Translations under genes and position numbers: made by a program
DNA from: a plasmid
Sequence record: NZ_CP097382.1
Strand: one strand, 5' to 3'
DNA: 64,000 nt
Notes under the pieces: generated by a model
What the model saw: the letters and a program-made list of their open reading frames with translations, nothing else
What the model was told of the DNA's origin: nothing
Databases searched by the model: none
Shown here: one piece after another, positions 1-11,212 of the stretch
How positions within the stretch are numbered: position 1 is the stretch's first letter
Layout of the letters: each line of letters begins with the position of its first letter

Positions 1-147
1 GCCATCTTGTTTTTTTGTATTAAAATCAGCCAAGGTATCATAGTTAATCTCATTAGCTCCCAAGCGGATGTTACATGTTCCGTGGCTATCCGATGCGAAT
101 GCACTAAAAGATAGGAAAGTAAGTAGTCCTGCAATTAATTTTATCAT
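1..147 (-). CDS. Fimbrial subunit/adhesin, N-terminal part only (the gene runs off the window start)
   Basis: Reverse-complement of 1..147 reads MIKLIAGLLTFLSFSAFASDSHGTCNIRLGANEINYD..., a signal peptide plus pilin-like start lying directly downstream of the usher on the minus strand. Confidence 0.5.
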   Translation of the reverse strand, partial: MIKLIAGLLTFLSFSAFASDSHGTCNIRLGANEINYDTLADFNTKKQDG

Positions 148-148
148 T

Positions 149-2524
149 CTAAATCCTTTGGTCAGTCACAAAACAAATGGGATTTATTATTGTAAATAGC
201 TCAGTTTTTGAAATGCTAATATCTTCGCTAAGATCAATAGTACATTTTTTATTATCATCTATTTCAACAAAGTAATTAGTCGGTAGGGATAAATTATCAA
301 TAATAATTCGTCCAGCATTGTCAGTTATTGTCAGTAAATTACCCATTTTATCATATACTCTTAAATTTTTTGAGAGTTTTTTCCCATTAAAAGATGGGAT
401 CAAAATAGCGCGGTTAACTTTATTAACGTAGAAATTAACTAAGGGAACACTTCCACTGGCAGGTTGAAATTCTATGATCCCATAAGGCGCATTCATATTT
501 TTAGGTAATTTTTGATAGTCTATCTTGGCATAATTAGTTCTATAACTATCTATGCTAGGGATTACCGCGTAACCTTTACTATTCGTCATCACGGTTCCTG
601 ATGACGATTGTATTGGAATATTTTCCTGATTTTCCGTTTTTGCTATAGCAAACGTGTTCGATATTCGTTTTGATGAAAAAATGAGTTCATTGTCAAAATA
701 AACCATCCCGCCTGATAGTGCCCCATAGTAACTGTTGGTATTATTACCTTTACTAACATTGCCCGAAAGTAAAGTCACTGGGGTCGTATAATTAACATTT
801 AATGAGGCGCTTTGATTGCTAGGATAAGTATTTTTAATTGTACTAACAGAATAACTTAAGTAATCATTATTATGATTACTATATCTTGTTCCGTAACTTT
901 TATTATCGCCGTAATGATTCATCCAACTTGATACGTTTTGCCTATTTCCTAACGAAATATCTACATTCAAATAAATAGTATTATCATTTGTGTTGTTATA
1001 TAACCTTCGCTCATAGCCTAAATAAACGTTGTATTTATCTGAAAATAAATTATTCCAAGTTGCACTATAATAATTTATTGTTCTATCACCAATAGAACGG
1101 TTCCAATTTAACGAAAACGACCCTAGATTATTGACGTGTGAGTTTGCACCAATACCATATTGAGTTTCACTACTTTTTACATTATTTGAATAAATATTTG
1201 TATCATAATTATTTAATGTTTCATTAAAGTCTTTATATTCTTTGCTCCGATATAACGAATTCGCCACTAAATTAGCGTTAGCAGCGATAGGGTAATTATA
1301 GCTTAATGTATAATATTCACCATATTTTTTATCTCTATCTTTAGATATGTTAGTTGTTATCGTCGCTAAGGATAAATTCGGAAACGAATAAGTATTACTT
1401 AACCCTAGTCCTTGATAATCTTTTGATGCAAGTCCTCCGACAAAAATCAGCATATCAGGACGTAAATTAAATCCTTTGCTTATATTCATAACATAGGGTT
1501 TTTTATCTACATTATTTTGATTAACCTTACCAAAACCAAAATTTATATCTTTATTCATATTATTTGTGGCTAATATAAATGAGCTGACAGGGACAATAAA
1601 TGTATTTTTTTTATTACTTTGATTTATTACTGTTACAGATAAATCTAATCTATTATTTAATAGCGGTAGGTTTTCCAATGTATAAGGTCCTTCCGGTACC
1701 GTTGTTGTATATATTAAAATCCCCGCCTGCCTGACTTCAATAATAGAGCGTTCATATGCGATGCCACTGACAATTCCACCGTCTTGAGATGAGTTATCTA
1801 ATGCCAATTCAGGAGATAACTGAAAACCAATAACTTGCCCAGAGCTAAAAAATGAATTAGGTAAACTAATCTGACCTATCTGCAAGTTTTTTTTCAAGGA
1901 TTCTAGTGTTTTTTCTGCATATAAGGTTTGATGATCGAAACTTGTTTTACCATTAAAATGGGTATATGTTTGATCGCTTCGTACAATCCAATTATATATA
2001 TTGAACCCTACTGTGAAATTTGAATTCAAGAATGATTGAGAATGAAAATCACTTTTAGAAGAAAAATATTTTATATCATAATTGAGAACACCGGATTTTC
2101 CTGTATGGATCCAATTATCATTTTTTTTATTTCTTAACAGTGATGGTGATGCATATATATTGACCCGTAAATCACCCGGTATGAGTTCTATCTCTAAGTT
2201 ATTGTACTCTTTTATTGTTGGACACGTTGATTTACTTTTGGATAGAGCAATATCTGTAGTGTCAATAAACTGAGTATTAAGACAAAGCTCTCCTTTAACA
2301 TTAAATAAAAAAGAGCTTTGACCAATATAATTATCATTCAAGAAAACACTAACAATACTTTCACCTTGAGGAAAATGCGCCTTTTCACTGTACAACTTCG
2401 CAACATCAGTTGGTATACCTTTATGTTTTAGAACATCTTGATCGAAAATGACTTCTTCTGCGTATGAATAAGTCGCTAGAAATAGTAAAATTGTAACAAT
2501 TTTAAGCTTCTTTTTTCTAATCAT
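149..2524 (-). CDS. Fimbrial outer-membrane usher (PapC/FimD family)
   Basis: 791-aa ORF with a signal peptide and usher-like Asn/Tyr-rich beta-barrel sequence. It sits between the chaperone and a pilin gene and overlaps the chaperone gene by 8 bp. Confidence 0.88.
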   Translation of the reverse strand: MIRKKKLKIVTILLFLATYSYAEEVIFDQDVLKHKGIPTDVAKLYSEKAHFPQGESIVSVFLNDNYIGQSSFLFNVKGELCLNTQFIDTTDIALSKSKSTCPTIKEYNNLEIELIPGDLRVNIYASPSLLRNKKNDNWIHTGKSGVLNYDIKYFSSKSDFHSQSFLNSNFTVGFNIYNWIVRSDQTYTHFNGKTSFDHQTLYAEKTLESLKKNLQIGQISLPNSFFSSGQVIGFQLSPELALDNSSQDGGIVSGIAYERSIIEVRQAGILIYTTTVPEGPYTLENLPLLNNRLDLSVTVINQSNKKNTFIVPVSSFILATNNMNKDINFGFGKVNQNNVDKKPYVMNISKGFNLRPDMLIFVGGLASKDYQGLGLSNTYSFPNLSLATITTNISKDRDKKYGEYYTLSYNYPIAANANLVANSLYRSKEYKDFNETLNNYDTNIYSNNVKSSETQYGIGANSHVNNLGSFSLNWNRSIGDRTINYYSATWNNLFSDKYNVYLGYERRLYNNTNDNTIYLNVDISLGNRQNVSSWMNHYGDNKSYGTRYSNHNNDYLSYSVSTIKNTYPSNQSASLNVNYTTPVTLLSGNVSKGNNTNSYYGALSGGMVYFDNELIFSSKRISNTFAIAKTENQENIPIQSSSGTVMTNSKGYAVIPSIDSYRTNYAKIDYQKLPKNMNAPYGIIEFQPASGSVPLVNFYVNKVNRAILIPSFNGKKLSKNLRVYDKMGNLLTITDNAGRIIIDNLSLPTNYFVEIDDNKKCTIDLSEDISISKTELFTIINPICFVTDQRI

Positions 2525-3224
2525 TTTGCTGGTTATTTATCTTTATAGTGTATTTTTGAGTGGTTGAATATCCCCACTGAGTAAACGGTTGTATCGTGAC
2601 TTCATCGATTAGTGTGGGAAGGTGTTGAGTTGTCGTTAACTCTATAGATTGATTAGGCAAAATATAATTGGATGGCAAGATCCACTGAATATTTCCAGGC
2701 AAACTCACAACACTATTGCTTAACCTGACGATATAAGGACTAGGGTTGGTTGCGATTAATACGTTTTTTTCATACTTCCACTTTAACAACTCCCAAGGCG
2801 TATCATTTTCTGGTAGATTTTTAGGTTTTATAATAAGAGGAAGGTTTTGGCGAATAGTAAACTTAACCTGATCGGCATCGGGATTTGCTTGAGGTGGAAT
2901 CCCTTCAAAAATAACTCTCATCAATACTTCATGTTTTAACTCTGAATTACTAGTGAGCATAAAGCGGATTAATTGTTTAGCTTTAGGCTCAACCCGGATA
3001 AGTTGCGGGGTCGCAATAATTAGATCTTGATATTCAGGATCGACATTTACTAATTCTGTTGTTAATAGGACAGGATAGTTATCTGTATTAGTCACTACTA
3101 TCTCACCATCTTGACTTTTTTCATTAACAATAGCAACGGATGTTGCAGGCAGTATACCTGAAGCGAATGATAGAAGAGGGGTTAATAATGAGCCTATTAG
3201 TAATAAGTATGTTTTTATTTTCAT
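2517..3224 (-). CDS. Periplasmic fimbrial chaperone (PapD family)
   Basis: 235 aa with a signal peptide and chaperone-like motifs (…VVTNTDNYPVLLTTELVN…, …RVIFEGIPP…), positioned between the major subunit and the usher. Confidence 0.88.
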   Translation of the reverse strand: MKIKTYLLLIGSLLTPLLSFASGILPATSVAIVNEKSQDGEIVVTNTDNYPVLLTTELVNVDPEYQDLIIATPQLIRVEPKAKQLIRFMLTSNSELKHEVLMRVIFEGIPPQANPDADQVKFTIRQNLPLIIKPKNLPENDTPWELLKWKYEKNVLIATNPSPYIVRLSNSVVSLPGNIQWILPSNYILPNQSIELTTTQHLPTLIDEVTIQPFTQWGYSTTQKYTIKINNQQND

Positions 3225-3283
3225 TTTAGCGGTATCATTTAAATAAGGTAACTAAATTAATTTAACTTAGTTACCTCTAAAAT

Positions 3284-4063
3284 TTAGATATAATTTAATT
3301 CAATTGTTGATAAGCCATTGAGTAATACTGGTTTATTTTTACCAAACTCTGCAGCTTCTTGACTTACATACGCTTGAACTTGTAAAATTCCGTCATAAAT
3401 GCTGGCTTCAATAGGAGTTGTTTCATTTGCTTTTGCAAAAGACGTTTCTAAATCCATACTGTTTGAAAATAGGTTCCCACCTGAAAGCAACCACATATTG
3501 CTTATTGTATTATAATAAATATTCTGAACTTTATTGCCTGAAAGCGTGGTTAGCGTATTATTTTCGCCCAAGGAACTAATGTTCAAGCTATTAGCTTTGT
3601 AACGGACAATATATCCACCAATATTTATGCCTGTTGAGGTTTTACCTAATCCAGCCACGCCATTTGAAGCATTTCCTGCGCCAATTCCTAATAATTTAAT
3701 AGGAAGAGCTGCAAATCCTCGAGAATTTTCAGTTGAACCAGCAACGGTACCTAAACGTTTACTCACGGCTGATAATTTAACGGGTGCATTAGCTGAGCAG
3801 CGAATTGTAAAACTAGCTTCTTGTATTGGTAATGCAGCAAATTTCCCGCCAAAAGCGCCGTCTTCAAATGATAATGTGTCAGGATCGATTAGGCCATAAT
3901 CGATATTCCCACCACCCGCAATATCTAATTCACAAGCTGCGGGGTCAATTCGACCTGTTACGCTAATATCAATAGAGCCAACATTTATGGCTGAAGCTGT
4001 AAATGATAAAGCCATTGTAGAAGAAATAAGGAGCGGTAATAATTTTTTCATATTTGTGTCCAA
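3284..4063 (-). CDS. Fimbrial major subunit (pilin)
   Basis: 259 aa with a signal peptide, a Gly/Ala/Ser-rich pilin-like sequence and a C-terminal …LNGLSTIELNYI donor-strand-like end. It is the first gene of the minus-strand operon, preceded by an AT-rich promoter region (4064–4250). Confidence 0.75.
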   Translation of the reverse strand: MDTNMKKLLPLLISSTMALSFTASAINVGSIDISVTGRIDPAACELDIAGGGNIDYGLIDPDTLSFEDGAFGGKFAALPIQEASFTIRCSANAPVKLSAVSKRLGTVAGSTENSRGFAALPIKLLGIGAGNASNGVAGLGKTSTGINIGGYIVRYKANSLNISSLGENNTLTTLSGNKVQNIYYNTISNMWLLSGGNLFSNSMDLETSFAKANETTPIEASIYDGILQVQAYVSQEAAEFGKNKPVLLNGLSTIELNYI

Positions 4064-4254
4064 GGTAATTGATTTATACTTATTATAAGTGTATTTGCGG
4101 ATAAAATATAATTAAAAACCATTTGCACTTGTAAGTTAATGTTAATAAATTTATTATTCTATTAATTATAGAATAATATACTTCCTGTTTTTCGTAAAAT
4201 GTATGTTCTATAATTGTATATTCCTGAGAGCTACTTAGAAAACAGAAAATATCC

Positions 4255-4662
4255 GGTTATGTATTCAATCTGGTGTGGAATCTGTAATATACGGTAATTT
4301 ATGGTGAGTATTTATAACCTAGGTCTATGTAAGGTGCCCATTTTGTCAACGAACTCCTTCAGTGAAAAAATATGGTGTAGGGAGAACACGACATCAACGT
4401 TATTGCTGCTAAAATTGATGCTGAAGCTTCCAAGCGGATTATGAATATCGAACCGGCCAACTCCCGGTACTAAAGATAAAATTATTTATCTTACGAAGAA
4501 TAATGCCAGTATTTGTGATACTGATAGAGCCCTTCATATCAGCATCAATTTGCTTGTTCGTCTGTTAAAATACTCTTGCCGAGGCGGATAACATCTTTGC
4601 CGCTTGATAATTTGCACCTTCATAGAGCGTTTATTGAAGTGATCTCCATATTGAATGCATGA
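4255..4662 (+). mobile_element. IS1-family remnant, internally deleted (about 0.4 kb, MITE-like)
   Basis: Terminal sequences ATGTATTCAATC…/…ATTGAATGCATGACC match the ends of the fuller IS1-like copy at 20898–21678. The interior retains InsA-like fragments (…CPFCQRTPSVKKYGVGRTRHQRYCC…) and the insB region is missing. Confidence 0.55.
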
Positions 4663-4806
4663 CCTCATTTTGTTGCGTAGAACAATCACTGATGTTGTAT
4701 AGCTTAACGGTGTAGTAGACTGGCACCTTAGATCTCCAGATAGTTGGAGTCACTTAAATTAGTGATAATCTTAATACTAGTTTTTAGACTAGTTCTTGGA
4801 GATAAC

Positions 4807-5145
4807 ATGATCGATATATTAGGTCCTGAAGGCAGAAAACGACGTTCCCCACAAGAAAAAATCGCATTTTTCAGCAAAGCTTTGAGTCGGGTATGAGTGT
4901 TTCCATGGTTGCTCGCCAACATGGTGTTGCTGCAAGCCAGCTTTTCCTTTGGCGTAAGCAGTATCAAGAAGTAAGCCTGACTGAGGTGACACACAGTGAC
5001 CGCAGGTGAACAAGTTGTTTCTGCCTCTGAGCTAGCCTCCGCAATAAAGCAAATTAAAGAGCTACAGCGTTTACTCGGCCAAAAAACAATGGAAAATGAA
5101 CTTCTTAAAGAAGCTGTCGAGTATGACCGCAAAAAAAGCGGACTG
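4807..5145 (+). pseudogene. IS3-family transposase OrfA (IS2 InsC-like), frameshifted
   Basis: [26 protein letters not shown]… followed by …[18 protein letters not shown]… and …[40 protein letters not shown] in three different frames. Confidence 0.8.
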
Positions 5146-6046
5146 CGCTCGCGCCCTTATTACCCAAGGATGGAAAATAAGTTTAGTGAGCCGAACGCTA
5201 CGAGTGTCACGAGCGCAGTTATACGTTCTAGTAAAACGAAAAAGCGATTGTAAAGATGGACGAGGACGGTACCCTCAAGGTGATAATGATGCCCTTGCAC
5301 GTATACACAATGTGATTGATAAGCTGCCAACGTATGGCTATCGCCGTGTCTGGGCAATACTTCGTCGGCAATCTGAAAATGAAGGTATCGCGATTATAAA
5401 TGCCAAACGCGTTTACCGAATTATGAAGCAATCCGCATTATTATTGGAACGTAAACCTGAAATCCCAGTCTCAACGCGAGCTCATACAGGAAAAGTGTCG
5501 GTGAGTGAAAGCAACCAACGTTGGTGTTCAGATGGTTTTGAGTTCCGATGTGATAATGGCAGAGAAACTGCGCGTTACGTTCGCTTTAGACTGTTTTGAT
5601 CGCGAAGCCCTTCATTGGGCAGCCAGCACGGGAGGCTTCGACAGTGAAACCGTGCAAAATGACATGTTAGGTGCAGTGGAGCATCGTTTCGGTAACGGGT
5701 TGCCTTCAAAGTCAGTTGAGTGGTTGACAGACAATGGCTCAGCGTATCGAGCCCATGAAACAAGGTGGTTCGCTAAACAAGTTGGTTTATCCCCTCTAGA
5801 CATACGGCGGTGCGGAGTTCACAAAGTAATGGAATAGCAGAAAGCTTTGTAAAAATCATGAAGCGTGATTACATAAGCCTCATGTCAAAACCTAACGGAT
5901 TAACGGCAGTAAAGAATCTTGCGGCAGCCTTCGAGAATTATAATGAATCGCATCCTCACAGTGCACTGAGTTATCGTTCTCCGCGAGAATATCTGCGGTG
6001 TCGAATTCATAATGAAATAAGTGATATAAAGTGTCTGGAAATATAG
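5096..6046 (+). pseudogene. IS3-family transposase OrfB (IS2 InsD-like), fragmented
   Basis: Three consecutive frames carry …[16 protein letters not shown]…NAKRVYRIM…[11 protein letters not shown], then …[17 protein letters not shown]…[15 protein letters not shown], then …[18 protein letters not shown]…[17 protein letters not shown]-type catalytic region is split across the frames. Confidence 0.8.
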
Positions 6047-6854
6047 GGTCAAATACATGTAAATCCATGTCTACGCAAAAACTGAGTGATGATAGTGGGT
6101 ATAAAATGTTTACAATTGAACTCGTTTAGTGACATGAATTTATCCTAATGAGGCAATTAATAACCTTATCATTTAGGTAATTTTTGGCGATAAGCCCCAC
6201 AAATTACCTAAAGCTGGTTCGCGCATTGGGGGAACTTAAATACATTTTTTGCTTATCCTAATGATATCTGCAAAGCTATTTATAGAACTAATACTATTGA
6301 ATCGCTCAACAGAGTCATTCGTTATTTAATTGAAAAAAGTAAGGTATTCCTCAACGAGGATTTGTGCAGATAGTAATTTATTTAGAGATTGAATCGGTGT
6401 CTGAAAAATGGAGTATGTCAATACAAAACTGGAAATAGGCAATCAGTCGTTTTATTATAACGTTTGGTGACCGCCTAGACGGTCACCTTTAAATGAAAGA
6501 TAAATGCAAAGAATTATTTACAGGGCTGTGTTCAGCAATGAGCTCTCTATGCCCCATGTCAATGTTCATAACAAGAATCACCTGTAAATAATACATGAGA
6601 AACTTACACTAAATTATCTGCAGGTTCAACTTAAGCACAAATAACAGTAAATCAAAACATTCTTTAAACCAATCATGTAAAATAGTTATTATTGTTTTTA
6701 ATTAATCTACTTTAAACAATAAATAGAGTTATATTGAATTATTAATTCATCATTCATCTATTTGATTTAAATTATGATACATATCGTATAGCCATAATGA
6801 AAAATCAATTATATTTTGTAAATCACTCGTATTTTACACATAGGCATATCATGA

Positions 6855-7160
6855 CTATGATTTTTTTATTATCGATGAACTTACATGGTGACATAAATAT
6901 TCAAAAGGCAGTTCTTCCTTATCTATAACCAATAAATCAAACAGTGTAACACCTAAAATTTCACTGATTTCAAATAAAAAATCAACTGTAATTTTGTTGA
7001 CCCCTCGCTCATAACGAGACACTTGTTGTTGGCTAATGTTTAACATTCTCGCTAGTTTCTCACCTGTGATGCCTTTTTCCTTCCGAATACAATGTATTTT
7101 TTTTCCAATTAATATACTCACCGGATAGCCTTTATTCTTCATCATAATATTATATTTCAC
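6855..7160 (-). CDS. MrpJ-like HTH (XRE-type) regulator of the kind found with fimbrial operons
   Basis: 101 aa carrying …GEKLARMLNISQQQVSRYERGVNKITVDFLFEISEILGV…. It is a paralog of the ORFs at 20075 and 23349 and is the last gene of the truncated minus-strand operon. Confidence 0.8.
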   Translation of the reverse strand: MKYNIMMKNKGYPVSILIGKKIHCIRKEKGITGEKLARMLNISQQQVSRYERGVNKITVDFLFEISEILGVTLFDLLVIDKEELPFEYLCHHVSSSIIKKS

Positions 7161-7220
7161 TCTTTATTGGTGTGATAATACTTAAAAATAACACTACGAA
7201 TTGTTAATATTGAATAACAA

Positions 7221-8348
7221 TCATCTCAATACAATAGATAGCTCAGCACTTCCTTTAATTTTACCGGTGATATCCGTTCCTCGTGAATAGAGATTATATG
7301 TAATCGGATAGCTAAAATTCGTATTTGATTGGTTTGCATTAATATTGCCGATATTAATGAATTCTCGATTAAACGGAATATTTGTTGGCCTACCATCAAT
7401 ATCAATGGACATCGTGACATAAGCTCCCGCTTTATTTTCACTGTTGAGTAAATTGACTTCATATTCATTGCCGGAATAATAAAGGACGTTAATACCGGCA
7501 GATAATGATAAGGTTGCCGATATAGGCTCCGTTTTTTGTTGACAATTTACTAATAAGTTGCCACCTGATTTCGTCGCTAATAATTGACCTGCACTTGAAT
7601 TTGCGGGTTGTGGGCCAAAGTCAATCGACGTAGGAACCATCAATGTGCACCCCAAATCACTAACATCAACATTATAGCGCCCCGCTGGCATTACCACTCC
7701 TGTTGGGAAGGGACCTGGACTACGAGGATCTCGAAGCAATAGTTGCAAAGGATTTGGTAAATTTATCCAACCTGACCGTTGCTCGCCTGTCCCATATATT
7801 AAGACACGCCCTGTAGCACTGACATTATGATAGACTGAAAAACCATCTTTCCCATTATTCGGAGTAGATTGATTGGGAAGCCAGATACATCCATTCGGAT
7901 TTCCTAAGTGTTGGCTGGTTGTAGACCCATAGCCATTAAATATCGCGGTCACCGTATCTTGGAAGCTATTACCCCTTATATTCCAACTGCGATTATCCGT
8001 ATATATAACCTCAGGGACTAACATCAGTGTTTTTTGAGAATTGAGCGGTACCCCCATAACTCCATCAATTTCCATTAAATCTGACTCACCGAGTCTGCAA
8101 GCAGTATTACCTCCATAAAAAGTCAATTGTACGTAGGCACTAGGAAGAAAACTAACCTCATTAAGCGTATTTCCATAGAGTCTGACTGAAAATGATTCCC
8201 TCATCACTCCCACTAAGCCTCGGCCATTTTGCACTACAAAAGAATCATAACTGTATGCATAAGGCAAATAGCCCATTAAAATTAATCCAGCCCAGCATAT
8301 TTTGATATAGTGGTGAAAACAAAATATCAACTGCAATAGTAATTTCAT
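7221..8348 (-). CDS. Putative fimbrial tip adhesin/large pilin-like protein (MrpH-like position)
   Basis: 375 aa with a hydrophobic N-terminus, lying between the usher remnant and the mrpJ-like gene. Homology was not established and the call rests on operon position alone. Confidence 0.4.
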   Translation of the reverse strand: MKLLLQLIFCFHHYIKICWAGLILMGYLPYAYSYDSFVVQNGRGLVGVMRESFSVRLYGNTLNEVSFLPSAYVQLTFYGGNTACRLGESDLMEIDGVMGVPLNSQKTLMLVPEVIYTDNRSWNIRGNSFQDTVTAIFNGYGSTTSQHLGNPNGCIWLPNQSTPNNGKDGFSVYHNVSATGRVLIYGTGEQRSGWINLPNPLQLLLRDPRSPGPFPTGVVMPAGRYNVDVSDLGCTLMVPTSIDFGPQPANSSAGQLLATKSGGNLLVNCQQKTEPISATLSLSAGINVLYYSGNEYEVNLLNSENKAGAYVTMSIDIDGRPTNIPFNREFINIGNINANQSNTNFSYPITYNLYSRGTDITGKIKGSAELSIVLR

Positions 8349-8359
8349 GGAATAACACC

Positions 8360-9171
8360 TTAACGTAATGAATTGGAATAAGTGGAGCCAGGAATGCTCA
8401 ATTGACGGAGTGACGAATACGGGTTCTCTGCAGCTTCTGCCAAATTAAATTCAGCCCGACAACGCTGAACATCAGTATTTCCCCATTTTACATCAAGGTA
8501 CCCTATCTCAGATAGACCGGATAAGTACACCTGACCACCATCCCCAACAATACTGGTGTTTTGTTCAGCAGAGTCGTTGTCACTATGGACAACCACTGTC
8601 GCTCCCAACGGTATCATGGCCTCACATTTTTAATGTCATTAAGGCTTAATACCCATTTTTCGTTTGAAAATGGGCTTTCACAATTGCTCCTTTAGTGGGG
8701 TAAAGATTGATGGAAGTCTCTTCCGTTGTGATATTTTCAAGAAGCGTATTCACGTCTAAATTCACGGTATTCTTACTGTAATCAATCAAATAAGGCACCA
8801 CCGTATACCCACCAGAGTCAACCGTCGCTATTCCTCCGTTTAATGTGCTTCCTACAGTATCAGGTGCTTCAACTACTGCCATTGAGGTCCCCATAAAGCG
8901 GCTAAATGTCACCCCGTGGGCATGAGCAATGAGTCCCCCATTCGCGTTGAGGTTCAAAGATTGACTTTCACTACCATAACTGTAGCCGCCCCCCCAAATA
9001 CACATTGTCACCTTGATAACCCAGATTTAGCGTGCTGTTGTGGTGTTGAGCCTGATTATCCCCACTCGCCGTTAATTGGTAGGTCAAAGCATTATCAAGT
9101 AATCGCCCAGTAATCCCTAATTGCTGATCCGCGCGCCCTTGATTATCGTGACTAATTTTTATTACAAACAA
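8360..9171 (-). pseudogene. Fimbrial usher, C-terminal remnant (frameshifted and 5'-truncated)
   Basis: Three ORF fragments (8971–9171, 8646–9011, 8360–8617) read as usher C-terminal segments. The segment …GDGGQVYLSGLSEIGYLDVKWGNTDVQRCRAEF… parallels …DDGSTYLTGLNPNDKLQVRWDDKAQCEIT… of the intact usher at 25002. No upstream usher, chaperone or major-subunit sequence is present. Confidence 0.7.
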
Positions 9172-11212
9172 ATAGATATTATATTTAATATATAAAATGA
9201 AGATTGAAAGTTATTATTTTCATTCATCAATAAATAATTAATCAAAATAATAACCTCTAATTCCGATTGCATCAAAAAGATAAATATTATGGTGATAATA
9301 ATTAAGGATTTGATTTAAGTAAAACTGTTAGTTCTGATCGAGATAGCCTATTGTGATAGGTTATCTCGATCAATCATCAGTTAATGATCGTCGATATCTG
9401 AGCTTTAATGTTGTAAATCAATGTAAATTATGAAATAAATCAAATTCACCCATAAAATCAACTTCAATCATAACAGTACTTGTTATATATTATATAAACA
9501 TTAGATGCAACTCGTTTAAAACTATTGATTATTTAATTTTAATCTAAAAATAATTTCATTCATTACTAGATTAGTATATGTAAAATGTAAACATTCAGAA
9601 AACAAATGACGCAAAATATGAGTACATTCTAACTAAATATATTTGTAAGCGTCAAATATAATATGAATTCCAATCATTTTTCTCTTATCTAGTTACATTT
9701 AGATAATAATTAAAAATTTTTTTTAATAAACAAATAATTGCACATAAAAATCACTATCGGATAATTAAATTAAGATGGCGATTAAATCTAATAAGAAACA
9801 AATAATGATTAAATTAAAGATATAAAGTCCAGTTTTGGAAAAGAAATAAAAAATAGTTACATTTTGTTACTTTTTGTCTATTTTAACATATTAATCATAA
9901 ATTATTTATTGGCAATAATTACATCAGTATTGTTTAACTCTACCATGTACATTCAATAAAAAACCGGCTGAACGTATAAAGTTCACCAAATTAATTTAAG
10001 TGAAATTAATTGATTTAATTGATAATTAATTATTTTGAAGCTCATGAAAATCGAGTAATCAAACAACTGTTAAGTGATTGAGTTATAAATTCTGTATTCA
10101 TTTTAATATATTGCTAGCACACTAAGCACACTAATCAATAAGAAAAATTTATGTTTTTTTTCGTGCTTCTGTCTACTTAAGCACTGTTGATATGTCATCG
10201 ATTTGAATTAGGGTGGTATATCAATTAGTGATTAATCTATCTAAATAATTATCGCCCCCAAAATATACAAATCATTCAATAATGATAGTGACTAGTTCTG
10301 GTGTGGTAAATAGACAGGCATTGGTATAATGACATTATAAAATGATAACCAAGACCGCAATTGCATAATTTTACATTATCAGCGTAAATTTATTACCTCA
10401 TTACGAATGAATTACTTACATAAGTACGAAAAAGTTCGATAAGACGGGAATATTGAGAGGGCTTTTAAAGTAGTGTCCTACTACGGCAAACAACCCCAAC
10501 AAATTTTGTAAGAAGCCACTTTTATGCTCTCAAGTTGCCTAAAATACGACTGCTCGTTAATGTTCTAAAAAGCACTGAGCTTGGTATGAAAGTTGAATTG
10601 CTAGAGGATAAATAAAGGATACAGCCTAGATATTGACAGCAATTTTTTGCTTTTGTTACGTATGTTCTCATATCCGGACGCCTTAAAAGATTGTTCATTT
10701 AGTTAAATCTTAATTGGCTGTGGCTACCGTCCTATTTTAGTCAGAATAATCTATATGCCTAAATCGGCATACAATCGATTTTAAGCATCTTTTTTATATA
10801 TTCATCCAATCACATTGCATACCCTAATAAAGTCACTCTAAATCAATTCTGCACAGCCTATTTTTTGATCAATTCTTTTTTTTATCATTATTGCGCTTTA
10901 CCGTCATTCTCCGCAAATGAGGCATTTCGCTTATTTTCCCTTATTTAGTGTGATCGTGATGAAGATCTTCACTATATCTTGTTTATTTGAATGATTAATA
11001 TTATCCGTGTTATGTAACTTATTGCGGTTTAAGGGAAAAAACGCAATAATACCTAAATTCAGCAGAGGTAAAAATCGGCCCTAAAAGGTGAAAGGATCCG
11101 ATGGTCGTCATGCGCGAGTGCGCGATTTTTTGTTACCGCGTTATATTTAGTTTTAGTCAATGATAATATTTAAAAGTAATTATTAGTATGGTGATTATTA
11201 AGGTGATGTATT

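Larger units (their letters stand above)
4717..6072 (+). mobile_element. IS2-like (IS3 family) insertion sequence, decayed
   Basis: The left end TAGACTGG…AATACTAGTTTTTAGACTAGT… and the right end …TGTCTGGAAATATAGGG… resemble IS2 termini. Internal orfA and orfB translations match IS2 InsC/InsD but are broken by several frameshifts and stops. Confidence 0.8.

Noticed and set aside
2082-2273. 63-aa ORF on the plus strand inside the usher gene, and similarly 3627–3899 inside the major-subunit gene
   Set aside because: These ORFs are entirely antisense to long, well-supported fimbrial genes and have no RBS or distinctive features. They are almost certainly spurious.
6467-6488. Inverted repeat GGTGACCG-cctaga-CGGTCACC as a rho-independent terminator
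   Set aside because: The stem is good but there is no U-tract on either strand after it, and no convergent genes end there. It is more likely an IS-adjacent palindrome or protein-binding site, with too little support to call.
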